Of a DNA stretch of 64,000 bases, positions 46,077 to 55,250 are shown piece after piece. Both the position numbers and the translations under genes were made by a program. The notes under the pieces are model-generated. The model had not been told where the DNA came from and ran no database searches. It saw only the letters and a program-made list of their open reading frames with translations. Source of the stretch: Bacteroidota bacterium (GTDB taxonomy: Bacteria; Bacteroidota; Ignavibacteria; UBA10030); contig JAKAJH010000009.1 in assembly GCA_021813905.1 (NCBI GenBank), positions 7,346-71,345 of the forward strand, written 5' to 3'. Within the stretch, counting starts at the first letter, position 1; the number at the start of each line of letters is the position of its first letter.

Positions 46077-48883
46077 CCCGGAGAATCGGCAGAACGCTCC
46101 TCCTGGTGCTCGCGCTGGCGTTCATGATGCCGGCACTGTCGGCGCAGGAAAAAGGCAGCATCAAAGGACTTGTGAAAGACGCCAAGACCAAGGAAGGTCT
46201 TCCGGTCGTCAACGTCAAAGTGAAGGGGACGTACTATGGCGCTGTGACGGACATGGACGGCAATTACATCATTGCGAACGTCAATCCCGGCAGCTACGTG
46301 GTCGAGTTCACGCTTCTCGGCTATACGGCCGTTCAAGTGACGGACGTGCGCGTCCAGGCGGGCAAGTCGACGGAGCTGAATCAGAACCTCTCCGAGACAG
46401 TGCTCTCGCTCGGACAGGAAGTCGTCGTGGTCGGCGAGAAACCGCTGTTGAACGTGGAAGAAACCTCGAGCAAGCGCTCGGTGACCGCGGATGACCTCAA
46501 GGCCACCGCCGTCGTAAACGTGAAGGATGTGGTGGGTCAGCAGGTGGGCGTCGTCGAAGCCGATAACGAGGTGCATATCCGCGGCGGTCGTGCGAGCGAA
46601 AATGCATACTTGCTTGACGGGATCTCGGTGCAGGATCCGTTGGCAGGCACGGGCTTCGGGCTCCAACTCAGCGCGGATGCCGTCCAGCAGATCGAGGTGA
46701 TCACGGGCGGATACAATGCGGAGTATGGACAGGCAACGTCGGGCGTCGTGAACGTGCAATTGAAGGACGGATCCGACCGGTTCGAGGGAAGCGTCGGGGT
46801 GAAGCGGGATAACCTGGGCATCTTCCCGGAAACCTTCAAGCCCTTCAACTCGGAGAGCTACGAGGGATCGCTCAGCGGTCCAATTCCAGTTTCGGCGATC
46901 ACCGATCTTGTGGGTCTCGGCGATATCGGCACCATGAGCTTCTTCACGAGCGCCTATGCGGGCTTTACGGACGGCTTCATGGGCAAGACCGCGCATCGGC
47001 TGAATTCATCGACATTCTACGGGACGCGGTTCACCCCTCGCGAAGAGAACAATCTCTTCTTCCTCGGGAAAGTGACGTGGAAGATCACGCCGCTGGTTCG
47101 CCTGGCATATTCCTACACGCATTCGGTGGCGATCAACCAGAATTCCCAGTCATTGCAGACCAACCTGGAATACGTCGAGCCCAGTCCCGGATTTCAGTAC
47201 GAGTTCGAAAACATCCTCGACAACGCAAACACGTACACGCACAACAACCAGATTCATACGCTGTCGTTGACGCACACGCTGTCGAACTCCATGTTCTATG
47301 AGCTGCGGCTGTCGCACTTCTTCACGAATCTCCGCGCGGATGCAAACGGAACGCCATACAACCAGTACCGCGAGCCGAAGGACATCGTCACGTTCCCGCT
47401 CTCGTATTACAATCTTGGCCACGACACGGTCGGCGTGATTCCGGGCGACGGTTTCTACGATTTCGGCAATGCGTTCACGTGGCACGATCACTTCGTGGCC
47501 GAGAATACGGTGAAGTTCGATCTGACAAAGAACTTCTCCGACAAGAATAAGTTCAAGACCGGTGTCGAGGCGACGTTCCAGGAGATGCAGAACGTCGATA
47601 TCTATGAGCCGTGGATCGGGACACTCGGACTGAACAACGACATCTATCACGTCTACCCGGCGTTCGGTGCGCTCTACGCACAGGATAACATCACGTTCAG
47701 CGGCATGATCCTGAACTTCGGCCTGCGGTTCGATTACTGGTTCCCGGGCAAGTATGTGGATGATGCGGTGAACAATCCGGCGGTCATCACCATCCCCGAT
47801 CAGGTGCGGCAGCACTATCTTGATCATACCTATACGTTGTTCGGGCGCCACTGGAAGGGCCGCCTCAGCCCGCGCCTCGGCATCTCGCATCCGGTCTCGG
47901 ACAATCAGATGCTGTATTTCTCGTACGGCCATTTTTCAAAGCGGCCGAAGCCTCAATTTCTCTATGCGAAGCTCAGTCCGAGCTCGGCCCAATCGACCTT
48001 CCAGAAGTTCGGCAATCCGGATCTGAATCCGGAGACGACCGTGGCCTATGAGCTCGGCCTCCAGACGCAGTTCACGAATGACGACGTGCTCAGCGTGACG
48101 GTGTACTACAAGGACATCTTTGATTACGTGTCGACACGCACGGCCCGGATCACCTCGGCCCGACTTGCCAGTACGAATTACGTCACGTACGTGAACCAGG
48201 ACTACGCGCGCTCGCGCGGTGTCGAGGTCGAATACCGGAAGCGAATCGGCCGCTGGTTCCGGGGGACGGCCTCCGGCTCGTATTCAATCACGACGGGCAA
48301 GAGCTCCTCGGCCGATCAGGGACTGCTCATCGCGCGCGGGCTGGAAGATGAGTCGGTGAAAGAGAATTACGTGGTTTGGGATCGTCCGCTCCAGTTCACG
48401 GTCACGTCAACGGTGACGGTGGAGAAGGGGAAAGGGCTGTTCGGCTTTGGCAAGAACATCCTGGACAACCTTTCGGTCTACGCACGGGCGTTCTATGAAT
48501 CCGGCAAGCGGTATACGCCGTACATCTACGACGGCGTGCTGACGAGCAACGGCCGGCCTGACTACATTCAGGACCGGAATAACCTGCTGGGCGGCATCGG
48601 TGAAAATTGGTTCTGGATCGACATGAACATCGAGAAGTACTTCGATGTGGCCGGTCTGGAATTCACCTTCTCGGTCCAGGTGAAGAACATCCTGAACAAC
48701 AGGAACTCCACGATTATCAATCCGGTGACCGGTCGAGCCTATGAGTACGGCGATCCCACGCCCACCAACTGGAACGATCCGCTCTATCCGTCATTGCAGG
48801 CTCCGGTGTCTCCATTTCCGTACAATCCCGCGCGCTATCTCGCGCCGCGGGAGATGATCCTTGGACTTTCGGTGAAATTCTGA
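46073..48883 (+). CDS. TonB-dependent-receptor-like outer-membrane protein with N-terminal carboxypeptidase-regulatory-like domain
   Basis: Signal peptide. CarboxypepD_reg-like segment (GSIKGLVKDAKTKEGLPVVNVKVKG...TDMDGNYIIANVNPGSYVVEFTLLGY). Plug region (NVEETSSKRSVTADDLKA...HIRGGRASENAYLLDGISVQDPL). Long beta-barrel ending in F (LGLSVKF). Confidence 0.85.
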   Translation: MTRRIGRTLLLVLALAFMMPALSAQEKGSIKGLVKDAKTKEGLPVVNVKVKGTYYGAVTDMDGNYIIANVNPGSYVVEFTLLGYTAVQVTDVRVQAGKSTELNQNLSETVLSLGQEVVVVGEKPLLNVEETSSKRSVTADDLKATAVVNVKDVVGQQVGVVEADNEVHIRGGRASENAYLLDGISVQDPLAGTGFGLQLSADAVQQIEVITGGYNAEYGQATSGVVNVQLKDGSDRFEGSVGVKRDNLGIFPETFKPFNSESYEGSLSGPIPVSAITDLVGLGDIGTMSFFTSAYAGFTDGFMGKTAHRLNSSTFYGTRFTPREENNLFFLGKVTWKITPLVRLAYSYTHSVAINQNSQSLQTNLEYVEPSPGFQYEFENILDNANTYTHNNQIHTLSLTHTLSNSMFYELRLSHFFTNLRADANGTPYNQYREPKDIVTFPLSYYNLGHDTVGVIPGDGFYDFGNAFTWHDHFVAENTVKFDLTKNFSDKNKFKTGVEATFQEMQNVDIYEPWIGTLGLNNDIYHVYPAFGALYAQDNITFSGMILNFGLRFDYWFPGKYVDDAVNNPAVITIPDQVRQHYLDHTYTLFGRHWKGRLSPRLGISHPVSDNQMLYFSYGHFSKRPKPQFLYAKLSPSSAQSTFQKFGNPDLNPETTVAYELGLQTQFTNDDVLSVTVYYKDIFDYVSTRTARITSARLASTNYVTYVNQDYARSRGVEVEYRKRIGRWFRGTASGSYSITTGKSSSADQGLLIARGLEDESVKENYVVWDRPLQFTVTSTVTVEKGKGLFGFGKNILDNLSVYARAFYESGKRYTPYIYDGVLTSNGRPDYIQDRNNLLGGIGENWFWIDMNIEKYFDVAGLEFTFSVQVKNILNNRNSTIINPVTGRAYEYGDPTPTNWNDPLYPSLQAPVSPFPYNPARYLAPREMILGLSVKF

Positions 48884-49869
48884 TGCGCCGCACACTTCTC
48901 ATCGTATTCATTGTCGCGCTGATCGTCGGATGTGTCCCGGCGCAGGCGCAGATCGTTCCTGTTCTCGGCGCGCAGCGGGCCGGTACCTCGACCGCCCAGT
49001 TCCTCAAGATCGCTGTTGGTGCACGGGCGGCGGCAATGGGAGAAAGCTTTGTGGCCGTGGCGAATGACGCGTCGGCGCTCTTCTGGAACCCGGCGGGCAT
49101 CACCCAGTTCACGCAGACGGAGGTGATCCTGGCGCACACGACATGGGTGGTGGATGTGCAGCACGAATTTGCCGGCCTGGTGTATCACCTCACTCCCGAC
49201 GATGCCGTCGGCGTGTCGGTGACATCCGTGCACACCGATGACATGCAGGTGACAACGGAGCTTCAGCCCCGGGGGACAGGAGACTACTTCAGCTACGGCG
49301 ACCTCGCTATCGGAGTCACGTACGGCCGCCGCATGACGAATCAGTTCAGCTTCGGAGCGACCGTTCGATATCTTGAAGAGACGATGGCCTCGCTGAAGAT
49401 GCGCGGGGTGGTGCTCGATTTCGGAACGTATTACTGGACCGGATTAGGAACGTCCCGGTTCTCGGCGGTGGTGACGAATTTCGGCAATCAGATCGGACCG
49501 ACCGGCACGGCACCGCAGGTCGGAGGAGGTACCGTCACGTCGTTCCAGCAGTACCCGCCGCCGACGATGTTCAAATTCGGTTTCGCGCTCGATCCGATCA
49601 AAGATGAGTCCAACATTCTGACGACATCGATCCAGTTGAATCACCCCAACGACAACTCCGAGAACGTCGGCCTCGGTGTTGAATACGGATGGATGAATGC
49701 GTTCTTCCTGCGGGGGGGATATAAACTGAATGTCGAGGAACAGGCGCTTTCCTTCGGTGCCGGCGTCGCGGCTTCACTGGGCATCGCCCATGTGGCCGTC
49801 GACTACGCCTATGCCTCGTTTACGAATCTCGGTCCGACCCATCGGATCTCAATGCTGGTGACGTTGTGA
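48883..49869 (+). CDS. PorV/PorQ-like (FadL-like) outer-membrane beta-barrel protein
   Basis: Signal peptide. N-terminal motif GARAAAMGESFVAVANDASALFWNPAGI, as I recall for the PorV/PorQ family. Alternating beta-strand pattern. C-terminal hydrophobic/aromatic end. Start overlaps the upstream stop by 1 nt (TGATG). Confidence 0.55.
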   Translation: MRRTLLIVFIVALIVGCVPAQAQIVPVLGAQRAGTSTAQFLKIAVGARAAAMGESFVAVANDASALFWNPAGITQFTQTEVILAHTTWVVDVQHEFAGLVYHLTPDDAVGVSVTSVHTDDMQVTTELQPRGTGDYFSYGDLAIGVTYGRRMTNQFSFGATVRYLEETMASLKMRGVVLDFGTYYWTGLGTSRFSAVVTNFGNQIGPTGTAPQVGGGTVTSFQQYPPPTMFKFGFALDPIKDESNILTTSIQLNHPNDNSENVGLGVEYGWMNAFFLRGGYKLNVEEQALSFGAGVAASLGIAHVAVDYAYASFTNLGPTHRISMLVTL

Positions 49870-50963
49870 GACAATTCGCGCCCCTTGCTCTGCTGCTTTT
49901 GATGCTGGCCGCCTGCCAGGAATATCGCTTCCCTGTGGAAACGCTGCCTCAGGGCGGTCAACGGACCGGCCAGATCGGCGACACGCTCTATGTTCAGCAA
50001 TATCCGAATTGGGAGGGATTCAACCAACCCCAGGCCATTGCTGTTGGATTTGAACCCCTGCTCTATGTCGCCGACACGGACAACGACCGGGTCGTCATGC
50101 TCGATCTGGCCGGACGCGTCATCGGCTATTCACCGATGATCAAGCATCCGGTGGCAATCGCGGAGGATCGGAGACTGCAGCTGCTCGTCTGCGCCGAATT
50201 CGATACGCTTCTGGCGGGACAGAGCCATCCGACCACCTTCGGAGCGATCTATCGGATTGACCTTGTGGCCACGGGCCATGACATCACGACCGCCACTCCG
50301 GTCCGCGTGTTCACGGAGTTGAGTGACTCGAGCCGGCGGTACAGCGCCGTCGCGACGATGTACGACAATTCATACTACGTGACGCGGGTAGGGCCGAAGA
50401 ACGCTTTGACGAGCTTTGACCGGGATAACGCCATTCTGCTGTTTGCGAAGAATGATTCGCTCATCACCCCGGTGACGGCAAACTTCTCTCCGGATGGCAC
50501 CGGCCTCCTGTCGATCCATGCCGCCACCGGCATCGCCACGATGCCGACGGGCAAGAGCGTGGAATTCGTCTTTTCCCAGGTGGAATCGAACTCCGGGATC
50601 ACTCCGCTGTACAAAGTACAATGGATCCGGCTCGTCTCGGAAGGACAGACGACCAACTACCTGTCGAAGTTCTATCCGAGCGTGGATGGCGATATAGATC
50701 TGCTGCGCATCAACCGGTTCACCCATCCGACGGGCGTCACGCTTGATCCGTCCGGGAATCTCTACGTGACCGATGCAGGAACCGACAGTCTCTATCGCTT
50801 CACGCCGCGGGGTGTGGAAGCGTACTCCTTCGGTGGGACCGGATCGGGGGAACGGCAGTTCCGGCAACCGGCCGGGGTGGCGTACTTCGACAAAACAGTG
50901 TATGTGGCGGACAAGGGAAACAACCGCATTGTTCGCTTCAAACTTTCGACAGATCTGCAGTGA
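49866..50963 (+). CDS. NHL-repeat beta-propeller lipoprotein
   Basis: Lipobox LLMLAAC. NHL repeats LYVADTDNDRVVMLD, LYVTDAGTDSLYRFT, VYVADKGNNRIVRFK. GTG start in a GTGA overlap with the upstream gene. Confidence 0.75.
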   Translation: MRQFAPLALLLLMLAACQEYRFPVETLPQGGQRTGQIGDTLYVQQYPNWEGFNQPQAIAVGFEPLLYVADTDNDRVVMLDLAGRVIGYSPMIKHPVAIAEDRRLQLLVCAEFDTLLAGQSHPTTFGAIYRIDLVATGHDITTATPVRVFTELSDSSRRYSAVATMYDNSYYVTRVGPKNALTSFDRDNAILLFAKNDSLITPVTANFSPDGTGLLSIHAATGIATMPTGKSVEFVFSQVESNSGITPLYKVQWIRLVSEGQTTNYLSKFYPSVDGDIDLLRINRFTHPTGVTLDPSGNLYVTDAGTDSLYRFTPRGVEAYSFGGTGSGERQFRQPAGVAYFDKTVYVADKGNNRIVRFKLSTDLQ

Positions 50964-50967
50964 CGTG

Positions 50968-50995
50968 TGCCGGCCCTGCGAGTGCCGGGCCGGCA
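50968..50995. terminator. GC-rich hairpin between the convergent NHL gene (+) and ecfA2 (−); candidate bidirectional terminator
   Basis: TGCCGGCCC (50968-50976) pairs with GGGCCGGCA (50987-50995). The flanking U-tracts are poor. Confidence 0.4.
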
Positions 50996-51003
50996 TGCCT
51001 TCG

Positions 51004-51771
51004 TTACGCTGATTCCTCCGTCGTACCTCGTTCAAGCATTTCGATCACACGCTGCGGCCAGGAGAATCGTACACCGGCTGCGCGTACCTGCGTCTGGTAC
51101 AGCCGCAATTCCTGAGGCGGTCCCGCGACCATCACTCCGCCCTTGTTGAGAACCAGCACCTGCGTCGCCAGCGGCAGCAGCGTTTCTACGTCGTGCGTGG
51201 CAACGACGAGCGTCCTTCCACGGTCCCGGAGCTGCTGAAAGGCAGTCAACGCCGTCCGGCGCTGTCCGTACGAGAGTCCGGCCGTCGGTTCGTCGAACGC
51301 GAGGACCGGCGTTTCCATCGCAACCGCAGAAGCCAATGTCAGAAGCTTCCGATACGAGGGATGAAGATCGTACGGATGGGTGGTTCGGTGCGCCAGCAAT
51401 CCGAAGAGTTCCAGCGCATGTGCCGCGGAACGGTCAGGATCAGCGCGGCGGAGATTGTGCGGACCGTACTGAACCTCGTCGATGACCGTGTGACGGAAGA
51501 TCTGATCGGCCGCACGCTGAAAGGTCACCGCGACGTGTCCGGCAAGGACTGAGACGGGATGCTCACTGGTGCGCAATCCATTCACCCGGATCGATCCCGA
51601 GGTCGGCTGCAGGAGTCCGTTGAGGAGCTTCAGAAGCGTGCTTTTGCCGGCGCCGTTGTGCCCGAGGATCAGCAGACAGGATCCTGGCGGCGCGGACAGA
51701 TCGATGGCGTGCAGCGCGCTTGCCGTGCATCCGGGGTACGTGAACGATACGCTGGAGATCTCGAGGATCAC
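51004..51771 (-). CDS. ecfA2: ECF transporter ATPase component A' (second ABC ATPase)
   Basis: Walker A GHNGAGKST, signature motif, Walker B LAFDEPTAGL. GTG start at 51771-51769 overlaps the TGA stop of ecfA1 (GTGA). Confidence 0.85.
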   Translation of the reverse strand: MILEISSVSFTYPGCTASALHAIDLSAPPGSCLLILGHNGAGKSTLLKLLNGLLQPTSGSIRVNGLRTSEHPVSVLAGHVAVTFQRAADQIFRHTVIDEVQYGPHNLRRADPDRSAAHALELFGLLAHRTTHPYDLHPSYRKLLTLASAVAMETPVLAFDEPTAGLSYGQRRTALTAFQQLRDRGRTLVVATHDVETLLPLATQVLVLNKGGVMVAGPPQELRLYQTQVRAAGVRFSWPQRVIEMLERGTTEESA

Positions 51772-52649
51772 GTCATACCCGCCAGTCGCCGGAGCCGGCG
51801 GACCAGTGGATCGCCGGCTGGGGCACGTTCGAGACGCCGAAGGGCCGTGGTCCACGGTTCGGTCGGCAGCATGTCGCAGTACAGCGATCCGCTCCGGATA
51901 AGATCGGCGGGTGATCCGGTGAAACGAACACCGCCGGCGTCGAACACGCAAACGGTATCCGCACATCGTACGGCAAGATCAAGCGTCGTGTCCGTGAACA
52001 TGATGGTCGACCGGTGCGCCAGACGACGCAACAGGGATGCGAGCGCGATTGCAGACGCCGGATCCAGAGCGCTCGCCGGTTCGTCGAGCAGGAGCACAGA
52101 TGGTCCTGTGGCGATAGCACTTGCCAGTGCGACCTTCTGAATCTCTCCACCCGAAAGAGAACGAAGCGTCCGATCACGCAGATGAGGAATGCCGAGCAAC
52201 CGGAGACTCTCTTCCAGATGATGCTCTGCGTTTTCACGCGCGACACCGGCATGACGCAATCCGAGCAGTATCTCTTCCTGTACAGTGTCCGTCAGACCGG
52301 AGATCTGAACGGCCGGATCCTGAAGCAGCATGGAAACGTGCGGAAATTCCGGGTGTGAGGGGAACGGGGTGAACGCATGACCGAGCACCGCGACGCTTCC
52401 GGACGATGAGGCACCGGTCCCGTGGATCCCGAGCAGCCCCGCGATGGCAAACAGGAGCGTGGTCTTTCCGGCTTCGCTGGGGCCGAGGATGGCCATCACA
52501 GACCCTTCGGGCACGCGCAGAGATACGTGTTCAAGCGCAGGCCGGGAGCTGTGCGCGTACGTGTAGGACAGATCTCGTATGTCTATCGCTGGATCCACGC
52601 GAGGAGTCTCCAGGCAACAGTGATAAAGCTGAGCGACAGCAAGGGCCAC
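51768..52649 (-). CDS. ecfA1: ECF transporter ATPase component A (first ABC ATPase)
   Basis: Walker A GPSEAGKTT, LSGGEIQKVALASAI signature, Walker B LLLDEPASALD. The true start may lie downstream of 52649, because the 5' end overlaps ecfT by 67 nt. Confidence 0.85.
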   Translation of the reverse strand: MALAVAQLYHCCLETPRVDPAIDIRDLSYTYAHSSRPALEHVSLRVPEGSVMAILGPSEAGKTTLLFAIAGLLGIHGTGASSSGSVAVLGHAFTPFPSHPEFPHVSMLLQDPAVQISGLTDTVQEEILLGLRHAGVARENAEHHLEESLRLLGIPHLRDRTLRSLSGGEIQKVALASAIATGPSVLLLDEPASALDPASAIALASLLRRLAHRSTIMFTDTTLDLAVRCADTVCVFDAGGVRFTGSPADLIRSGSLYCDMLPTEPWTTALRRLERAPAGDPLVRRLRRLAGMT

Positions 52650-53323
52650 GTCCAGCGGGATGCCGACGAGGCGGTCGAATAGGACGGGAGGATCCGCGCG
52701 CTCCCCAGACCGCGCAAAGCGTACGCATGACCTCGTTCGATCGCTTCGGCGAGGGAGGAGACCGTCAGCGGACCGAGGACGGCAATGAGACTCCGAAATC
52801 GGGCGAGCAGAGAGCCCCGAACCGGAGCCCCGCGCGCCTCCTGCGCTGCCAGAATGTCGTGAATGCGGTCCGGAAGCATCTCGACGATGTGAACCGAGAG
52901 CAGCGTGAGGATGGCCAGTGCGGAGGGCAGGCCGCGATCCTCGATGAAATCCGCGATGGCCCGCATGGGCGTGCTCAGGAAGAAGAACAGCACGCTTGCC
53001 GACAGCAGGATCAGACGCAGGGCTACCGTGGAGGCAAAAAGGACTCCCGATCTATTCAGCGCGATGCCTCCGACAATGAGTGTGCGCCCGGCGCCGGAGA
53101 ACATCAATCCGTTGACGATGAGCAGGACGATACTGAGGATCGCGAGAAAGGCGAGGAAACGTCGCGCCGTGTGTTTCGCACGCTCCGACGGCAATCTCCA
53201 CATCGGGGAGAACAACGGAAGTGCGAAGAGGGTCAGCACAAGGACAATCTGCAGCGTCCATGGAGCGGCGACGGCGGAGATCCAGCAGTACAGCACGAAC
53301 GCCAGTTTCGGCGCCGGTTTCAT
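52583..53323 (-). CDS. ecfT: ECF transporter transmembrane (T) component, CbiQ/EcfT family
   Basis: Multi-TM protein. Its C-terminal region has the ARG..G-type motifs of EcfT coupling helices (AAQEARGAPVRG, ERGHAYALRG). Confidence 0.75.
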   Translation of the reverse strand: MKPAPKLAFVLYCWISAVAAPWTLQIVLVLTLFALPLFSPMWRLPSERAKHTARRFLAFLAILSIVLLIVNGLMFSGAGRTLIVGGIALNRSGVLFASTVALRLILLSASVLFFFLSTPMRAIADFIEDRGLPSALAILTLLSVHIVEMLPDRIHDILAAQEARGAPVRGSLLARFRSLIAVLGPLTVSSLAEAIERGHAYALRGLGSARILPSYSTASSASRWTWPLLSLSFITVAWRLLAWIQR

Positions 53324-53973
53324 GCGACGTGGTCTGCCGCGGGCGGCTGGATCCGGACTGCACCCGGAAATCGCATCAGCAGACGGGAGGGGAGGCGGGA
53401 GAGGAGCGCCACCACGAGCAGATAGGAGATCACCTTGTCGACCGGATCGGACGTGAGTCCCTGCAGCAACGTGCTCCGGAGGATGTCGTTTCCGAGGGAC
53501 CGGTACAGGATCACGAGCAGATCAGTGCCGGCCAGCATCGTCCCCCCGAAGACGTACGCCGCGATGGGTGCGGAGATGAGCGCCGCAATGACTCCCTGCA
53601 AAACGCCGCCGAGGACCGTGAGCGGCCATCGACGGAACCAGCCCCATCGGGCAACCAGGGAAGTCCAGATTGCGATGACGCAGACGACGGGGATGAAGAA
53701 TGCCATTGCGGGATTGCCGAACGCGGCCGCAAGCAGATTGGCCAGTGATCCGGAAATTGCGGCCTGCCACGGTCCGGCGAGCACCGCGACAAGTATGGTA
53801 CCCAGCGAGTCGAGGTAAATCGGAATCTTCAGAGCGGCCGTGATCTGACCGACGACGAGATTCAGCGCGGTCCCGAACGCCATGAGGGGCAGAACGGGAC
53901 CGGCGAAGAGAGAATGAAAGCGCGTGGAGTTCATGACAGGGCGAAGCGGCCGTGCGTCCGTGTCGGCGCGCAT
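53320..53973 (-). CDS. ECF transporter substrate-specific (S) component, substrate unknown
   Basis: About 180-aa six-TM hydrophobic core. ATGA overlap with ecfT. Likely start MNSTRF at 53934. It begins 25 nt after the stop of the PDH E2 gene. Confidence 0.6.
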   Translation of the reverse strand: MRADTDARPLRPVMNSTRFHSLFAGPVLPLMAFGTALNLVVGQITAALKIPIYLDSLGTILVAVLAGPWQAAISGSLANLLAAAFGNPAMAFFIPVVCVIAIWTSLVARWGWFRRWPLTVLGGVLQGVIAALISAPIAAYVFGGTMLAGTDLLVILYRSLGNDILRSTLLQGLTSDPVDKVISYLLVVALLSRLPSRLLMRFPGAVRIQPPAADHVA

Positions 53974-53998
53974 GCCTGGCTCAGGGTCCGGATCGGGA

Positions 53999-55231
53999 TT
54001 ACAGGAGCAACTGCGCAGGGCGTTCCAGGGTCGCCTTCAGTTCCTGCAGGAACCGGGCGGCCACGGCGCCGTCGATGATGCGATGGTCGGACGAGAGCGT
54101 CATCTTCATGTGATGGCCGACCACGATCTGGCCATTGCGTACCACCGGCGCCTCCAGGATCGCCCCGACGGCAAGGATCGCACCCTCCGGCGGATTGATG
54201 ATAGCGACGAAATCCTCAACGCCGAACATCCCCAGGTTGCTGATGGTGAACGTGGCTCCCTGATACTCCTCGGCCTTCAGACGGCGGTTGCGCGCTCGCT
54301 CGACAAGATCACGCAGTTCGGTGTTGATCTGGAAGAGGCCCTTCCGTTCGCAATTCCGGAGCACCGGCGTGACGAGGCCGTCCTCGAGGGCGACCGCGAC
54401 GGCGATGTTGGCCTCGCCGAACTGTCGCATCCGATCGCCGAGATACGTGGCGTTGACGTTGGGATGTTTCAGAAGGGTGGCGGCGCACGCTTTCACGAGA
54501 AGATCTGTGAAGCTGAGCTTCACGGCGGAGACGGCATTCAGCTGTTCGCGAAATGCCATCGCCGGCTCCATGTCCACGTCCATTGTCACATAAAAATGCG
54601 GCGCGGTCTGCTTGCTCTCCTGCATTCGCCTGGCGATCGTCTTGCGGATGAGCGAAAGTTCGACATCCTTCGTCTCGCCGGTGGGGACGGTGGCGGACAC
54701 GGGGGCCGCCGGCACCTTCCCGGAGATCAGCGGCTCAAGATCCCGCTTGATCACACGTCCCTGCGGACCGGACCCGGAGATCCGACGAAGATCGATCCGG
54801 TTCTCTTCCGCCAGCCGCCGGGCGAGCGGGGAAGCTTTTGCTTTTCCGGTCTCGACGACGGGCGACGGAGTCACGCTCAGAGCAGCTGGTGCCGTTGCAG
54901 GGGCAGGGGCTTGGGCTGCGGGCGACGTCGCAGGCTGAGGCTTTGACGCTCCCGGGGGCGGGACGTCCGTGAGGAGCGCGGAAATATCCTCATCTGCCGC
55001 CGCAATCACCGCGATCGGTGCGCCGATCGGTGCCTTGCCCCCCTGGGAAACGATGATCTTCCGGAGAAGCCCGGAGTCGTACGCCTCCAGCTCCATATCG
55101 GCTTTGTCCGATTCGATTTCGACGAGGATTTCGCCCTGCTTGACCTTCTCACCTTCGGCTTTCAACCACTTCAGGATGAGACCTTCGGTCATGGTGTCGC
55201 TGAGCTTCGGCATCAGGATCTTGGTTGCCAT
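53999..55231 (-). CDS. pdhC: Dihydrolipoamide acetyltransferase (E2) of a pyruvate/2-oxoacid dehydrogenase complex
   Basis: Lipoyl domain with EIESDKADMEL, Ala/Pro-rich linker, E3-binding segment, catalytic domain with DHRIIDGA. Start MATKILMPKL at 55231. Confidence 0.92.
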   Translation of the reverse strand: MATKILMPKLSDTMTEGLILKWLKAEGEKVKQGEILVEIESDKADMELEAYDSGLLRKIIVSQGGKAPIGAPIAVIAAADEDISALLTDVPPPGASKPQPATSPAAQAPAPATAPAALSVTPSPVVETGKAKASPLARRLAEENRIDLRRISGSGPQGRVIKRDLEPLISGKVPAAPVSATVPTGETKDVELSLIRKTIARRMQESKQTAPHFYVTMDVDMEPAMAFREQLNAVSAVKLSFTDLLVKACAATLLKHPNVNATYLGDRMRQFGEANIAVAVALEDGLVTPVLRNCERKGLFQINTELRDLVERARNRRLKAEEYQGATFTISNLGMFGVEDFVAIINPPEGAILAVGAILEAPVVRNGQIVVGHHMKMTLSSDHRIIDGAVAARFLQELKATLERPAQLLL

Positions 55232-55250
55232 AGTGTGTCCCCGGAGCGGA

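Noticed and set aside
51004-52649. Two overlapping ABC ATPase ORFs in different frames looked like a frameshifted single duplicated-ATPase gene or a pseudogene.
   Set aside because: The second ORF's domain begins exactly at a GTG (51771–51769) that overlaps the first ORF's TGA stop (GTGA). Each ORF holds one complete Walker A, signature and Walker B set. This is the normal EcfA-EcfA' two-gene arrangement with translational coupling, not a frameshift.
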